Part shown: positions 17,355 through 26,364 of the stretch, piece by piece
How the letters are laid out: each line of letters opens with the position of its first letter
How positions within the stretch are numbered: position 1 is the first letter of the stretch
Origin: Patescibacteria group bacterium
GTDB lineage: Bacteria; Patescibacteriota; WWE3; JAMCXX01
DNA length: 64,000 nt
NCBI GenBank assembly: GCA_023474425.1
Contig: JAMCXX010000003.1
Location: 21,712 to 85,711 of the forward strand
Direction: 5' to 3'
Translations under genes and position numbers: made by a program
The notes under the pieces: model-generated
Database searches by the model: none
The model's input: the letters and a program-made list of their open reading frames with translations, nothing else
Told to the model about the DNA's origin: nothing

Positions 17355-17738
17355 ATGAATGTTGTCTTCGCAACGGCCTCAGCCACACCTTCAGGAATTG
17401 CCGTAGGAAGCATTGTTGCCGATTTTTTTGGCGGCTTGCCTTTTTACCTTTTTAATTTATTTTTCCTTTCCTATCTTGTTTTTTTGTGGGTTTTTCTGGT
17501 GCGCTGGGTGGGGCAAGATGCTTTGAGGCGTGGTATTGAGGGGTCGCGCCGTCAGGCATACATGATTCTTGTTCTCATTTTTAGTTTTCCCGGTCTTTTT
17601 CTCTATCTTCTTTTGCGGCCGCCTCTGACTTTGGATGAGCAAAAGCGGGCGGAAATGGAAGAGGAAGTGATTACTTTGGAATTGGAGAAACTCCGTAGAG
17701 AATCCACATCCCGGACGCCAAGTATAAATTCTAAATAA
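17355..17738 (+). CDS. hypothetical membrane protein
   Basis: 127 aa, 3 TM helices, charged coiled tail. Confidence 0.55.
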   Translation: MNVVFATASATPSGIAVGSIVADFFGGLPFYLFNLFFLSYLVFLWVFLVRWVGQDALRRGIEGSRRQAYMILVLIFSFPGLFLYLLLRPPLTLDEQKRAEMEEEVITLELEKLRRESTSRTPSINSK

Positions 17739-17756
17739 CTCCCTAACATAAGACGT

Positions 17757-17882
17757 AATTTGAAGTTTTAAATTTACAATTTGAATTGAATTTTCAATGA
17801 CTCAATTTAAAATGTTTGAAATATTGAATCATTTGATGTTAATTTCAAATTTAAAAGTTCAAATTGAAAATTAAGTTTGATG
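17757..17882. repeat. AT-rich intergenic block of degenerate TTGA/TCAA period-7 units in both orientations
   Basis: AATTTGA AGTTTTA AATTTAC AATTTGA ATTGAAT TTTCAAT GACTCAA ... AGTTCAA ATTGAAA. Confidence 0.6.
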
Positions 17883-17901
17883 TATCTGCTATCCTTATAA
17901 T

Positions 17902-19173
17902 ATGAAATATATTAGGCAAACTCTTGCCAACGGCGTGCGTTTAATATTTACCCCCATGCCCCAATCCCTCTCGGTGGGGGTTAACGTTTTTGTAGGCACC
18001 GGTTCGCGCAATGAAGCGGCGCAAATTAACGGCATTTCCCATTTTCTGGAGCACTTGGTTTTTAAGGGTACAAAAAAATATGAAAATTCCCGGATTATCT
18101 CGGAATCAATCGAGGGCCTGGGCGGCATGATTAACGCCTATACCAGCGACTCTCTTACCAATTTTCACGCAAGGGTGACACCGCCACATTTTGAGGAAGC
18201 GTTCAGAGTGGTAGCCTCGCTGGTTCTAGAACCTCTCTTAAGACCTAAAGACATTGATGCCGAAAAAGGGGTCATTATTGAAGAAATCAACCGCAAGGAG
18301 GACGACCCGCAGGACAAAGTTTTTGAACATATTGCCCGGCTCACTTTTCCCAATCATCCCTTGGGCCGGCCGACTTTGGGCAGTTCGGAAGTTATTAGGT
18401 CTCTAAGTCAGAAAGACTTTTTGGACTACCGGGCGGAAAACTATGTGAGCCAAAATACGGTGGTAAGCATTGCCGGTAATATTAGCGAGGACAGGGCGGT
18501 AACCATGTTTGAGAATAAATTCTCTTCCTTGACTAAGAATAGTTCTTCGCCGTTGAATAAATTTTTTGCAGTTCAGCTAGAGCCGCAGGTTTTTTTGGAG
18601 AAAAAAGAAACAGAGCAGGCCCATTTTTGCCTAAGCCTTCGGGGGTTAAGTCTTTTTGATGAGCGGCGCTATGCGCTGGCGGTCCTTAACAGCATCTTGG
18701 GCGCGGGCATGAGCAGCCGGCTTTTTTTGAATATCCGCGAAAAAGGTTTGGCCTACTCGGTGGGAAGCCTTCCGGATCTTCTAGTTGATACCGGTGCTCT
18801 CTACGTTTTTGCCGGCTTTAGTGTTAGCCGGATTAATGAGGCTTTGGCGGCGGTTATGGGAGAGCTTAAAAGGCTTAAGGAAGAGCAGGTTGGGGAAGAG
18901 GAGCTTAAAAAGGCTTTGGAAAAAATTAAAGGTCCTCTTTATTTTGAACTTGAGGACCCAGCGGCGGTGGGGGACTGGTATGGCAAACAGGAAGTAATGA
19001 AGGGAGAAATTGAAACCGAGGAAGAATATCTAAAATCGTTGACGGCCGTAACACCAAAGGACGTTCGCGGATTGGCCAATGATTTGCTTGATAAGCGGAA
19101 TCTTAACCTGGCCATTATTGGGCCTTATAAAGAGGAGAAAAAGGCGGAGCTTCTTAAACTGCTTAAATTCTGA
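17902..19173 (+). CDS. M16-family (insulinase/pitrilysin-like) zinc peptidase
   Basis: HxxEH motif GISHFLEHLVFKGT and downstream E in NAYTS region. 423 aa two-domain size. Confidence 0.9.
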   Translation: MKYIRQTLANGVRLIFTPMPQSLSVGVNVFVGTGSRNEAAQINGISHFLEHLVFKGTKKYENSRIISESIEGLGGMINAYTSDSLTNFHARVTPPHFEEAFRVVASLVLEPLLRPKDIDAEKGVIIEEINRKEDDPQDKVFEHIARLTFPNHPLGRPTLGSSEVIRSLSQKDFLDYRAENYVSQNTVVSIAGNISEDRAVTMFENKFSSLTKNSSSPLNKFFAVQLEPQVFLEKKETEQAHFCLSLRGLSLFDERRYALAVLNSILGAGMSSRLFLNIREKGLAYSVGSLPDLLVDTGALYVFAGFSVSRINEALAAVMGELKRLKEEQVGEEELKKALEKIKGPLYFELEDPAAVGDWYGKQEVMKGEIETEEEYLKSLTAVTPKDVRGLANDLLDKRNLNLAIIGPYKEEKKAELLKLLKF

Positions 19174-19260
19174 GTTTTTGAGCTGTCCCAAAACGTGCGC
19201 CGATCGGCTACTGTTTTGGGAACTCGATGATATTTAAGTGATATTTAAATCTAACCCAAA

Positions 19261-19352
19261 TTTCCAAATCTGCTTCCCGTCATCCTGAAGTGTCCGTCAT
19301 GAAGGATCTAGATCCTTCGCTTCGCTCAGGATGACGCGGTGATAATTGGAAA
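19261..19352. repeat. three-hairpin palindromic element (CGTCATCCTGA...TCAGGATGACG)
   Basis: Outer inverted repeat 19278-19288 / 19326-19336. Inner perfect palindrome GAAGGATCTAGATCCTTC. Flanks TTTCCAAAT / AATTGGAAA. Confidence 0.7.
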
Positions 19353-19360
19353 CTTAAGTT

Positions 19361-19400
19361 AAACACGAACCGTAACTTTTGCTGCGGTTCGTGTTTATTT
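19361..19400. terminator. bidirectional intrinsic terminator between convergent genes
   Basis: Stem AAACACGAACCG / CGGTTCGTGTTT. T-rich run downstream on plus, A-rich run upstream. Confidence 0.7.
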
Positions 19401-19401
19401 T

Positions 19402-19818
19402 CTAATTCCTCTGCCAGCCCTTGTGCCTCTTCCATTGGTCCGGCAGGATGACGTTCAATGTGCCGGACATGCTAATTTTCATGAACTGGGAGCTTGGCAG
19501 GTACCCGTCATTTTCTTTGTAGACTTGGACGAGGTACGTGCCGTACCAGAGCGGGCCGGTTTGGCAAGTGCCATGCTGGTCAGTTTGACACCTGATGCCA
19601 TTATGGACGGGCAAGTTATCTTCCCAATCAGTTTTCAACATGTCCACTTGGACATCACTGATCGGGAAACCGTACTGGTCCACGACAATGAACTTCATCT
19701 GCGGTCCGTCCGTTGGGGGTTGCACCACGCTTATTTGCCCTCCCGGTGCCGTTTCGAGGAGGACCAGAACGATGACGCATATCGCCAGGACCGCCAAAGG
19801 AATCTTAAGTCCTTTCAT
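19402..19818 (-). CDS. hypothetical secreted protein (Ig/CarboxypepD_reg-like beta domain)
   Basis: 138 aa with signal-anchor. Body KFIVVDQYGFPISDVQVDM...GTYLVQVYKENDGY. Confidence 0.55.
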   Translation of the reverse strand: MKGLKIPLAVLAICVIVLVLLETAPGGQISVVQPPTDGPQMKFIVVDQYGFPISDVQVDMLKTDWEDNLPVHNGIRCQTDQHGTCQTGPLWYGTYLVQVYKENDGYLPSSQFMKISMSGTLNVILPDQWKRHKGWQRN

Positions 19819-20155
19819 ACCGACCTCCGTGAACGACGGCTTTGACGAAACTGTCTATTGCGCGGTTAGCACAATAAGCCAATTCAATCAGGAAGCCCGC
19901 TGGTGCCAGAGGCGTGGGCAACGAGAAAAACAGCACCGTGTACAGGTACCATTTCCAGGTGCTGTACACGTCCGTTCTGGCGGCTCGCAAGACTGCCACA
20001 ATGAAGATAATCCAGCCGACGAGGCTATCCCAGAAATGTACGTCGACCGGGTTTGCACGCGAGAACGCGGTGATTGTTGCTATCCACGGAATGACAATGA
20101 TAAGAAACACCGCGATCTTGAATGGCAACGACCGCAACAACTGTTTGTAGTTCAC
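19805..20155 (-). CDS. hypothetical small membrane protein
   Basis: 116 aa, 3-4 TM helices. Overlaps the downstream gene's start by 14 nt. Confidence 0.5.
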   Translation of the reverse strand: MNYKQLLRSLPFKIAVFLIIVIPWIATITAFSRANPVDVHFWDSLVGWIIFIVAVLRAARTDVYSTWKWYLYTVLFFSLPTPLAPAGFLIELAYCANRAIDSFVKAVVHGGRYERT

Positions 20156-20380
20156 GATCTCTCCTTTCTTTGTCCCAAAATGTGAGCCGATCGGCCATCA
20201 TTTTGGGAACTTTGAATGGAATTTGGATAGACGATGAAAAGTGCTTTTGTTTTTTTTGTGATGCTTTGAGCACCACCTCCTTTATTATTTTAGTTTATCG
20301 ACTTCCCTTAAAGAAACTTTTTTAAATTTCCTTGAGGGAAGCACGAACCTTGAATTGTTCCAGAGTTCGTGCTTGGGTTC

Positions 20381-21127
20381 TTAGGGCATGACGGCGTCTG
20401 GCCAGTTGCCGGGCAGGGTGTAGTCGTAGAGGATGTATTGACCGGTCGGATTCACATAGGTGATATGAATCACCCGACCTTCAATCCATGCATCCTCAAA
20501 TGACGATACAAGCTCCACAACCCAGCGCTCGTCGAGTCCCATGACCGCGGTGCTGGAATGGTTCTCCAGCGCGATCACGTGTCCCCAATATTCAGCTTTG
20601 AGCGAATACGGGGTGCCCGGAATTCGGTACTCGATGATCGGCGGGGTCGCGTCCGTCACGTCCGGCGCCGGGGTTGTGTTGGTCACCGTGACCGGGACGG
20701 TGATTGAGATATTAGCCGTCGGGGTCATAACTTTCGTACCGGTGACTGTGACCTTGACGCCGTCGCAGGCGTGCTCGATTGCCGCTGTCATTTGTGTCGG
20801 ATCGGCTCGATTGGTGGCATCGGTGCCGTCGATCAACTCGAAGACGCAACCGTTGGACGCCTTCAAAACACGGCCGTCTTCCGTAGGCAGTTCTACGCTC
20901 TCACCGGCTCCGCCGCGAACGACCAGTTTTTCCGGCTGTGCGGCTGATTCATTGACCGCCGGAACGGTGACAATCAGCTGGCCGTTGGTGTCAACTTGAC
21001 CAACCGCCAGTTGCTTGCTGTTCGTGTCGACGATGGACGCCGCTTGACCGGGGGAGTTGAGCGCCATGAGGCCGACTACGACTGCGAGCAAAATTCTCGA
21101 CAAGTTTTGAAGTGCCGTTGGAATCAT
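20381..21127 (-). CDS. hypothetical secreted protein
   Basis: 248 aa with a signal peptide ending SPGQAAS. SD AAAGGAGGAAAAG upstream. No motif recognised. Confidence 0.6.
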   Translation of the reverse strand: MIPTALQNLSRILLAVVVGLMALNSPGQAASIVDTNSKQLAVGQVDTNGQLIVTVPAVNESAAQPEKLVVRGGAGESVELPTEDGRVLKASNGCVFELIDGTDATNRADPTQMTAAIEHACDGVKVTVTGTKVMTPTANISITVPVTVTNTTPAPDVTDATPPIIEYRIPGTPYSLKAEYWGHVIALENHSSTAVMGLDERWVVELVSSFEDAWIEGRVIHITYVNPTGQYILYDYTLPGNWPDAVMP

Positions 21128-21345
21128 TCTTTTCCTCCTTTTTGAAGATTCCGTGAAAAATTTTTTTACGTGCCCGTTTATCCCATAATTATACCATAAA
21201 GCCCATAGTTTGTCAATCTCCCGAAACCGTTGACCGAAAGGGAGGAAAATGGTAGATTTGTTGTAATATCAACAATAAATTGGTTACGACCGGCTCGTTA
21301 AGTTAAATTGGGTCCTCTTTGTGACGAACCGGGAATCCCATTTTT

Positions 21346-23001
21346 GTGGAAGGTATGGTTAAAGGGCTAAAAGAGTTTAAAAAATTTGCCCAAAAATATT
21401 ACGCTTATATCTACCGGATTTCACCGGTCACGGCCACTTACTTAGGCATTCATAAGTATGACCAACTTTTAGGCGATTATTCCGTTTCGGCCATCAGGAA
21501 CGAAGCTAAGAAATTTAGCCAATTTAAAAAGGAGTTGGGGCGGCTTAAGCCTTCAATTAAGAATTTTGAACTTAAAGACCAAACCGACTATCGGTTGGTG
21601 GCGGCGGACATCGAACTTAATTTAATCTCTTTAAATAAGGTTAAAGACTGGCAAAAGAATCCCAATCTTTACGTGGAAATGCCGCTTATGGGCGTCTTTT
21701 TAATTGTTTCCCACGACGGACTTAGACAGCAGGAAAAATTAAAGTCGGTTATTGCCCGTCTTTCGCAATACCCTAAGGTTCTAAAGCAGGGGCAAAATAA
21801 CCTTAAAAAGACGCCGCGGATTTTTGTGGAAATTGCTCTGGAAACCGTAATCGGCGCCAAGGCTTTTGTTAAAAATCTACCCGGGGAGCTTGACGCGCAA
21901 GAAAAACTTGAGGAAAACAAGAAAAAAATTCTCGCAAGTCAGGTTGAGCGCGTCATCGCTTCCTTAAACCGGTTTGAGGAGTTTCTGCGCCGTGATTTAC
22001 TTAAGCGTTCGACCCGCCAATTTGCCTTAGGCACCCGGCTCTTTGAAAAAAGGTTAAAAACGGAACACTTTTTGGACCTTTCGGCCCGGGAGCTTTACGA
22101 GTTTGGCAAGCAGGAGTTCGCCCGTATTCAAAAAGAGTTGACGCGGACGGCTAAAAGCTTGGATAAAAAGAAAAGCTGGCAGGAGTTGGTTGACGAGTAT
22201 AAAAACGAGGTGCCCGTGCCGGGTGAGCTTTTGAGTCTTTACCGGAAAGAGGTTTTGCGGCTGGTTGAATTTTTAAAAGATAAAGATTTAGTTTCCTTTC
22301 CCAAAGAGAAATGCCGGGTTTCCTTAACCCCGGATTTTGAAAGACCCACCGTGCCATACGCCGCCTACATGCCGCCCCCGCCTTTTGACAAAAATCAGAC
22401 CGGCAATTTTTGGGTGACGCCTATTGATACGAAATCGTCGGCCGAGGGCCAGCGCGAACAGCTGCGCGAACACTCTTTGTTGAGTTTTATGATTACCACT
22501 CTGCACGAGTCTTATCCCGGACATCACCTTCAATTTGCTCTATCCAACCGCAACCCGTCGTTTGTGCGCAAGCACGGGCAGTCGAGCCTTCTTTGCGAGG
22601 GCTGGGCTCTCTACTGCGAGCAAATGATGGGCGAGGTGGGGTACTATAAGGACCCGCGGTCAAAACTTTTTGCGCTTAAAGACGAGCTTTGGCGGGCGGC
22701 CCGGGTAATGATTGACGCCGGTCTCCACTGTTTTAATATGAGTGTTAATGAGGCGGTCAAAATGCTTGTGGACGAAGTAAAGCTGGCCCCTTCGCAAGCC
22801 GAAGCCGAAGTCAAACGTTACACCTTAAGCCCCACCCAGCCCATGAGTTATTTGGTGGGCAAGTTTTTAATTCTTAAGATGAGGAGGGAAGCCCAAAGGA
22901 AGTGGGGGCCAAAATTTAGCCTTAAGAAATTTCACGACTTGTTCTTGGCCGGTGGCACCATACCACAACCTTTAATTGAGAGGGAATTATTTCACGATTA
23001 G
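21346..23001 (+). CDS. DUF885-family protein (metallopeptidase-like)
   Basis: LHESYPGHHLQ motif, size 551 aa and helical N-terminal region typical of DUF885. Confidence 0.8.
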   Translation: MEGMVKGLKEFKKFAQKYYAYIYRISPVTATYLGIHKYDQLLGDYSVSAIRNEAKKFSQFKKELGRLKPSIKNFELKDQTDYRLVAADIELNLISLNKVKDWQKNPNLYVEMPLMGVFLIVSHDGLRQQEKLKSVIARLSQYPKVLKQGQNNLKKTPRIFVEIALETVIGAKAFVKNLPGELDAQEKLEENKKKILASQVERVIASLNRFEEFLRRDLLKRSTRQFALGTRLFEKRLKTEHFLDLSARELYEFGKQEFARIQKELTRTAKSLDKKKSWQELVDEYKNEVPVPGELLSLYRKEVLRLVEFLKDKDLVSFPKEKCRVSLTPDFERPTVPYAAYMPPPPFDKNQTGNFWVTPIDTKSSAEGQREQLREHSLLSFMITTLHESYPGHHLQFALSNRNPSFVRKHGQSSLLCEGWALYCEQMMGEVGYYKDPRSKLFALKDELWRAARVMIDAGLHCFNMSVNEAVKMLVDEVKLAPSQAEAEVKRYTLSPTQPMSYLVGKFLILKMRREAQRKWGPKFSLKKFHDLFLAGGTIPQPLIERELFHD

Positions 23002-23009
23002 TTTTCAAT

Positions 23010-23972
23010 ATGAATTTAGGGTTTATTATTTTGTTGATTCAGAAAGTACTACTAACACTCTCCTTTCTCCTGTATCTTTTTTGGACCTTCCGGCTTGGAG
23101 TTAAGCAGGGATTTAACCGCACCAAAATTTTGGATTTGGCTATTTTTGCCCCGGCCGCGGGGGTTTTAGCCTTCAAATTTGCTTCGTCAATCCGGCTTGA
23201 CTCGGAGAGTTTTTTCTTTTTGGGATTTCTGGCTTTTGTCTATTTTTGGGGACGCCGCGAAACCTGGTCGGCCCAGAGACTGGGTGATATTTTCTCGGAA
23301 AGCTTAACTTTGGCCGCCGTTTTCTTTCCTTATTTTCAAAGCCCTCTGTTTAACCTTTTTGCCTTGGTTATTTTTTATTTAATCCGCAAAGTTGGGCAGA
23401 TTAAAGTTAAGTCCAGTTTTATTTTTTTAAGCTTCCTGGTCTTATTCGGCCCATTTTTTGGTTTATTGACTTACGTTGAGCATCATCGCTGGCTGACGCC
23501 GAATTTAGTCTTGGCGGTTGTTTTGTTTTTGTGGGGTGTGTTAGGATTAAGAAATAAAGTTTACCGTGAGTCTATGGAACTGCTTAAATTTACCTTACCC
23601 AAAGAGTTGTTAAAGGGTCTCGAAGAAAAACTGCTTAAGAAACAGGCCGACCTGGAGGCGGAAGAACGAGCCCTCAAATTGGAGGGCAAGTCCTTGGACG
23701 CCGAAAAGACAGAAGATGTGGAAGAGGAGGACCGGGCTTTAGTGGCAGAGGAAGAGGACCGCACCGGTTCCATGCTGGAATTTATTCGCGCCCGCAAGAA
23801 TGAAGTAGTTTTGGCCCTGCGTAAAATTAAAGACGGCAACTACGGGCTTTGCGAAAGCTGCCGCAAACCCATTGACAAGGCCCGTCTCCTAGCCTATCCG
23901 GAAGCCAGATTTTGCTTGGAGCATGAGCCTAAAGAAGAGGAGAAAGAGAAACAAAAGGAAAACAGTGTCTAA
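23010..23972 (+). CDS. polytopic membrane protein fused to a coiled coil and a DksA/TraR-type C4 zinc finger
   Basis: About 6 TM helices (residues 1-185). E/K-rich coiled segment. C-terminal GNYGLCESCRKPIDKARLLAYPEARFCLEH. Confidence 0.65.
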   Translation: MNLGFIILLIQKVLLTLSFLLYLFWTFRLGVKQGFNRTKILDLAIFAPAAGVLAFKFASSIRLDSESFFFLGFLAFVYFWGRRETWSAQRLGDIFSESLTLAAVFFPYFQSPLFNLFALVIFYLIRKVGQIKVKSSFIFLSFLVLFGPFFGLLTYVEHHRWLTPNLVLAVVLFLWGVLGLRNKVYRESMELLKFTLPKELLKGLEEKLLKKQADLEAEERALKLEGKSLDAEKTEDVEEEDRALVAEEEDRTGSMLEFIRARKNEVVLALRKIKDGNYGLCESCRKPIDKARLLAYPEARFCLEHEPKEEEKEKQKENSV

Positions 23973-24483
23973 ATTTGTCCGTGCCTCTATACCCTTTTTA
24001 CTGTTATTATTGTCCGACCAGCTCATTAAATATTTTGTCATCTCGCAGGACTTAAATTACTACAAAAACTACGGTTTTCTTTTCGGGCTTGTAAATTTTA
24101 AAAGTCCCGTAATTTCTGTTTTGTTTATTAGCGCTATTTTAATTATTGTCATGCTGAACTTGTTTCAGCATCTAAACAAATGTCATTCCGACCCCAGAGC
24201 CGGAATCCGGAACCTCGACGAGCCTGAATGCCGGGTCTCGGCCCGGCATGACACTTTGCCCGTGGGGTTACATTTATTTTTGGCCGGATCCGTAAGTAAC
24301 TTTCTTGATCGCATGACGCGGGGCTACGTGGCTGACTATTTAGATTGGAAGACGGTTATGCCATTTTGGCCGGAAAACTTCGTGAGGTTTTTTAACTTGG
24401 CGGATGTGTTTATTATTTTGGGGTTTCTTTTTGCCGTTTTGAATCTCCGCCGAAGCGGCGGTCCCGTCCGGCGTAATCCTTAA
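23923..24483 (+). CDS. lspA: lipoprotein signal peptidase (signal peptidase II) carrying an in-frame repeat-derived insert
   Basis: Motifs NYGFLFG, AGSVSNFLDRMTRGYVADYL and FFNLADVFIILG. Exact start uncertain because it overlaps the previous gene. Confidence 0.8.
   Translation: MSLKKRRKRNKRKTVSKFVRASIPFLLLLLSDQLIKYFVISQDLNYYKNYGFLFGLVNFKSPVISVLFISAILIIVMLNLFQHLNKCHSDPRAGIRNLDEPECRVSARHDTLPVGLHLFLAGSVSNFLDRMTRGYVADYLDWKTVMPFWPENFVRFFNLADVFIILGFLFAVLNLRRSGGPVRRNP
24181..24253. repeat. three-hairpin palindromic element inside lspA
   Basis: Outer TGTCAT / ATGACA. Inner hairpins ATTCCG..CGGAAT and ATGCCGGG..CCCGGCAT. Translated as CHSDPRAGIRNLDEPECRVSARHD. Confidence 0.7.
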
Positions 24484-25159
24484 GTGCTTTTTTAAACTCT
24501 TTTGTTCCGAAGTCGGGAAAATACGTTTTGGTGAAGTAAAGTTCAGCGTAATTGAGCTGCCACAAAAGATAGCCGGAGGTACGCCGCTCGCCGCCGGTTC
24601 TAATCATTAAATCCACATCGGGCTGACCGGCTGTGTCCAGATAGCGGTTAATAAGGTCAACCGTGATCTGCGAAGCGTTGTAGCCTTTGGCCACAATTTT
24701 TTTAAAGGCGCGCAGAAGTTCGTCGCGGCCGCCGTAGTTTAGGGCAATGTTTACATCTATAATTTTATCTTTCGGTCCGGGCTCTCTAAGGTAGAAATTT
24801 ATTTTCTTAACAATGTCTTTGGGAAATTTGGAGATGTCGCCCAAAATGTGAACCTCGCCGCCGCTTTGAGTAAGTTCCTCGAAAAAGTCCTGCCGTTCGT
24901 TTAATACATGGCGAAATAGCCAAAGAATGTCTCTAAGAAAACTTTTGCTGCGGCTCCAGTTTTCGGTGGAGAAGGCCCAGAAAGTTACCGATTTAATGCC
25001 GGTTTTGGCGGCAAATTTTACCAGCTCTTTAATTCTTTCCACACCCCGTTTGTGGCCTTCGATTTCTTTAAGTCCCCGGGCTTTGGCCCAACGGCGGTTG
25101 CCGTCCATAATAATGGCTACATGGGCGGGAATTTTCTTGTCTGTCCTTTGAGTTGTCAT
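24413..25159 (-). CDS. uppS: undecaprenyl-diphosphate synthase (cis-prenyltransferase)
   Basis: HVAIIMDGNRRWA, FAFSTENW-like (FWAFSTENWSR) and RTGGERRTSGYLLWQ motifs. Confidence 0.95.
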   Translation of the reverse strand: MTTQRTDKKIPAHVAIIMDGNRRWAKARGLKEIEGHKRGVERIKELVKFAAKTGIKSVTFWAFSTENWSRSKSFLRDILWLFRHVLNERQDFFEELTQSGGEVHILGDISKFPKDIVKKINFYLREPGPKDKIIDVNIALNYGGRDELLRAFKKIVAKGYNASQITVDLINRYLDTAGQPDVDLMIRTGGERRTSGYLLWQLNYAELYFTKTYFPDFGTKEFKKALKDYAGRDRRFGGDSKRQKETPK

Positions 25160-25165
25160 AAGTAA

Positions 25166-26239
25166 TTAATGATTCCGTTCAATCACATAATCGGCGGCCA
25201 AGGACAAAAGTTCGCGATATTTCTTGTCGTCGGTAATGCGGTTAACAAACCGCTTGCCGCGATTAACCAATTTACGCGATAAATCTTGAGAATAACTTAG
25301 AGCGCCGCAGTCAACTATAATCCGGCGGACCTCCAGAACCTCGTCCGGTTTTATTTGGGGATTGCCGTGGGCGTGTTTTAGAAATTTTACCTCTTTGGGG
25401 GAGGCGTTTTCAAACGCCTTCTCAAAAAGGAGCGTGTTTTTGCCTTCTTTAAGGTCGGAGTCAACACTCTTTCCCAAAGTTTCTTCGTCGGCAAACATGC
25501 CCAGCTCGTCGTCGCGAAGCTGAAAAGCCAGGCCCACCGGCGTGCCGTAGCCTGTTAGCGCCTTAAAGCGGTTTGACTTTGGTGAAAGCCCGGCCAAAAC
25601 GGCGCCGTATTCAAGCGGTCCGGTAATGGTGTAGTTGGCCGTTTTGTATAAATGAACCTTGAGGATTTTTTTTAAGGATAGTTTGGGGTCGGACTCATAA
25701 AAAATATCCAGGGCCTGACCGTAGGCGGTTTTAATTATTGTTTGACTAAAAAGTTCTAAGAAATTTAATTTTATTCCCGGATTAAATTTGGTCCGCAGGA
25801 GAACCAGATTGGAAAAATACGGTCCCAGATCACCAATGTCCACGGCCAGGCTTTGGCCAAAATGAGCCGCATTTTTTCGGGAACGGGAGGATAAACGTTT
25901 GAATAAATCTTCATACTGTTTATGGACGGTGGGCGCGCCGCGCCGAAGCGCGTCTTCGTCCATAATATCGTCGTGCATTAAAAGGAAGGCGTGGGTGATT
26001 TGCACGAGGAGCGAAATTTGAAGAATGTCTTTTTCGTTCTTGCCGCCGAACATTTGGTAGCTGTAGTAGGTGAGAGCGCCGCGCAGGTTTTTGCCGCCCA
26101 TAAAGCGGGCGTAGGTTTGCACAAGTCCCTTGGCAATAGGCGAGACGGCCGCCGCCTTTTTAATTTCTTCACGAAAAAAGAGATTGAGGTAAGGCGCGGC
26201 TTTTTGGGAATAAATGTCGATATAGTCTTGCGCGTTCAT
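25166..26239 (-). CDS. trans-polyprenyl diphosphate synthase (IspA/IspB family)
   Basis: First DDxxD-type motif LLMHDDIMDED and second motif FQLRDDELG. Confidence 0.9.
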   Translation of the reverse strand: MNAQDYIDIYSQKAAPYLNLFFREEIKKAAAVSPIAKGLVQTYARFMGGKNLRGALTYYSYQMFGGKNEKDILQISLLVQITHAFLLMHDDIMDEDALRRGAPTVHKQYEDLFKRLSSRSRKNAAHFGQSLAVDIGDLGPYFSNLVLLRTKFNPGIKLNFLELFSQTIIKTAYGQALDIFYESDPKLSLKKILKVHLYKTANYTITGPLEYGAVLAGLSPKSNRFKALTGYGTPVGLAFQLRDDELGMFADEETLGKSVDSDLKEGKNTLLFEKAFENASPKEVKFLKHAHGNPQIKPDEVLEVRRIIVDCGALSYSQDLSRKLVNRGKRFVNRITDDKKYRELLSLAADYVIERNH

Positions 26240-26364
26240 AATCCTGAACCCCGATTATAGCAAACTTATAAGTTGTTGAATCCTAATCGTCGGAAAGGTA
26301 TTCTGTGTTTGATACTAATAAGAACTGACAAGTCTTCGTTTGCGGCTTTAGTAAAACTGCCTAT

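Noticed and set aside
24413-24483. 71-nt convergent overlap of the lspA and uppS 3' ends as a possible antisense regulatory arrangement.
   Set aside because: Both overlapping tails lie beyond the conserved parts of the proteins (after RRFGG in UppS and after the last TM helix in LspA). This most likely just reflects late stop codons in a compact genome.
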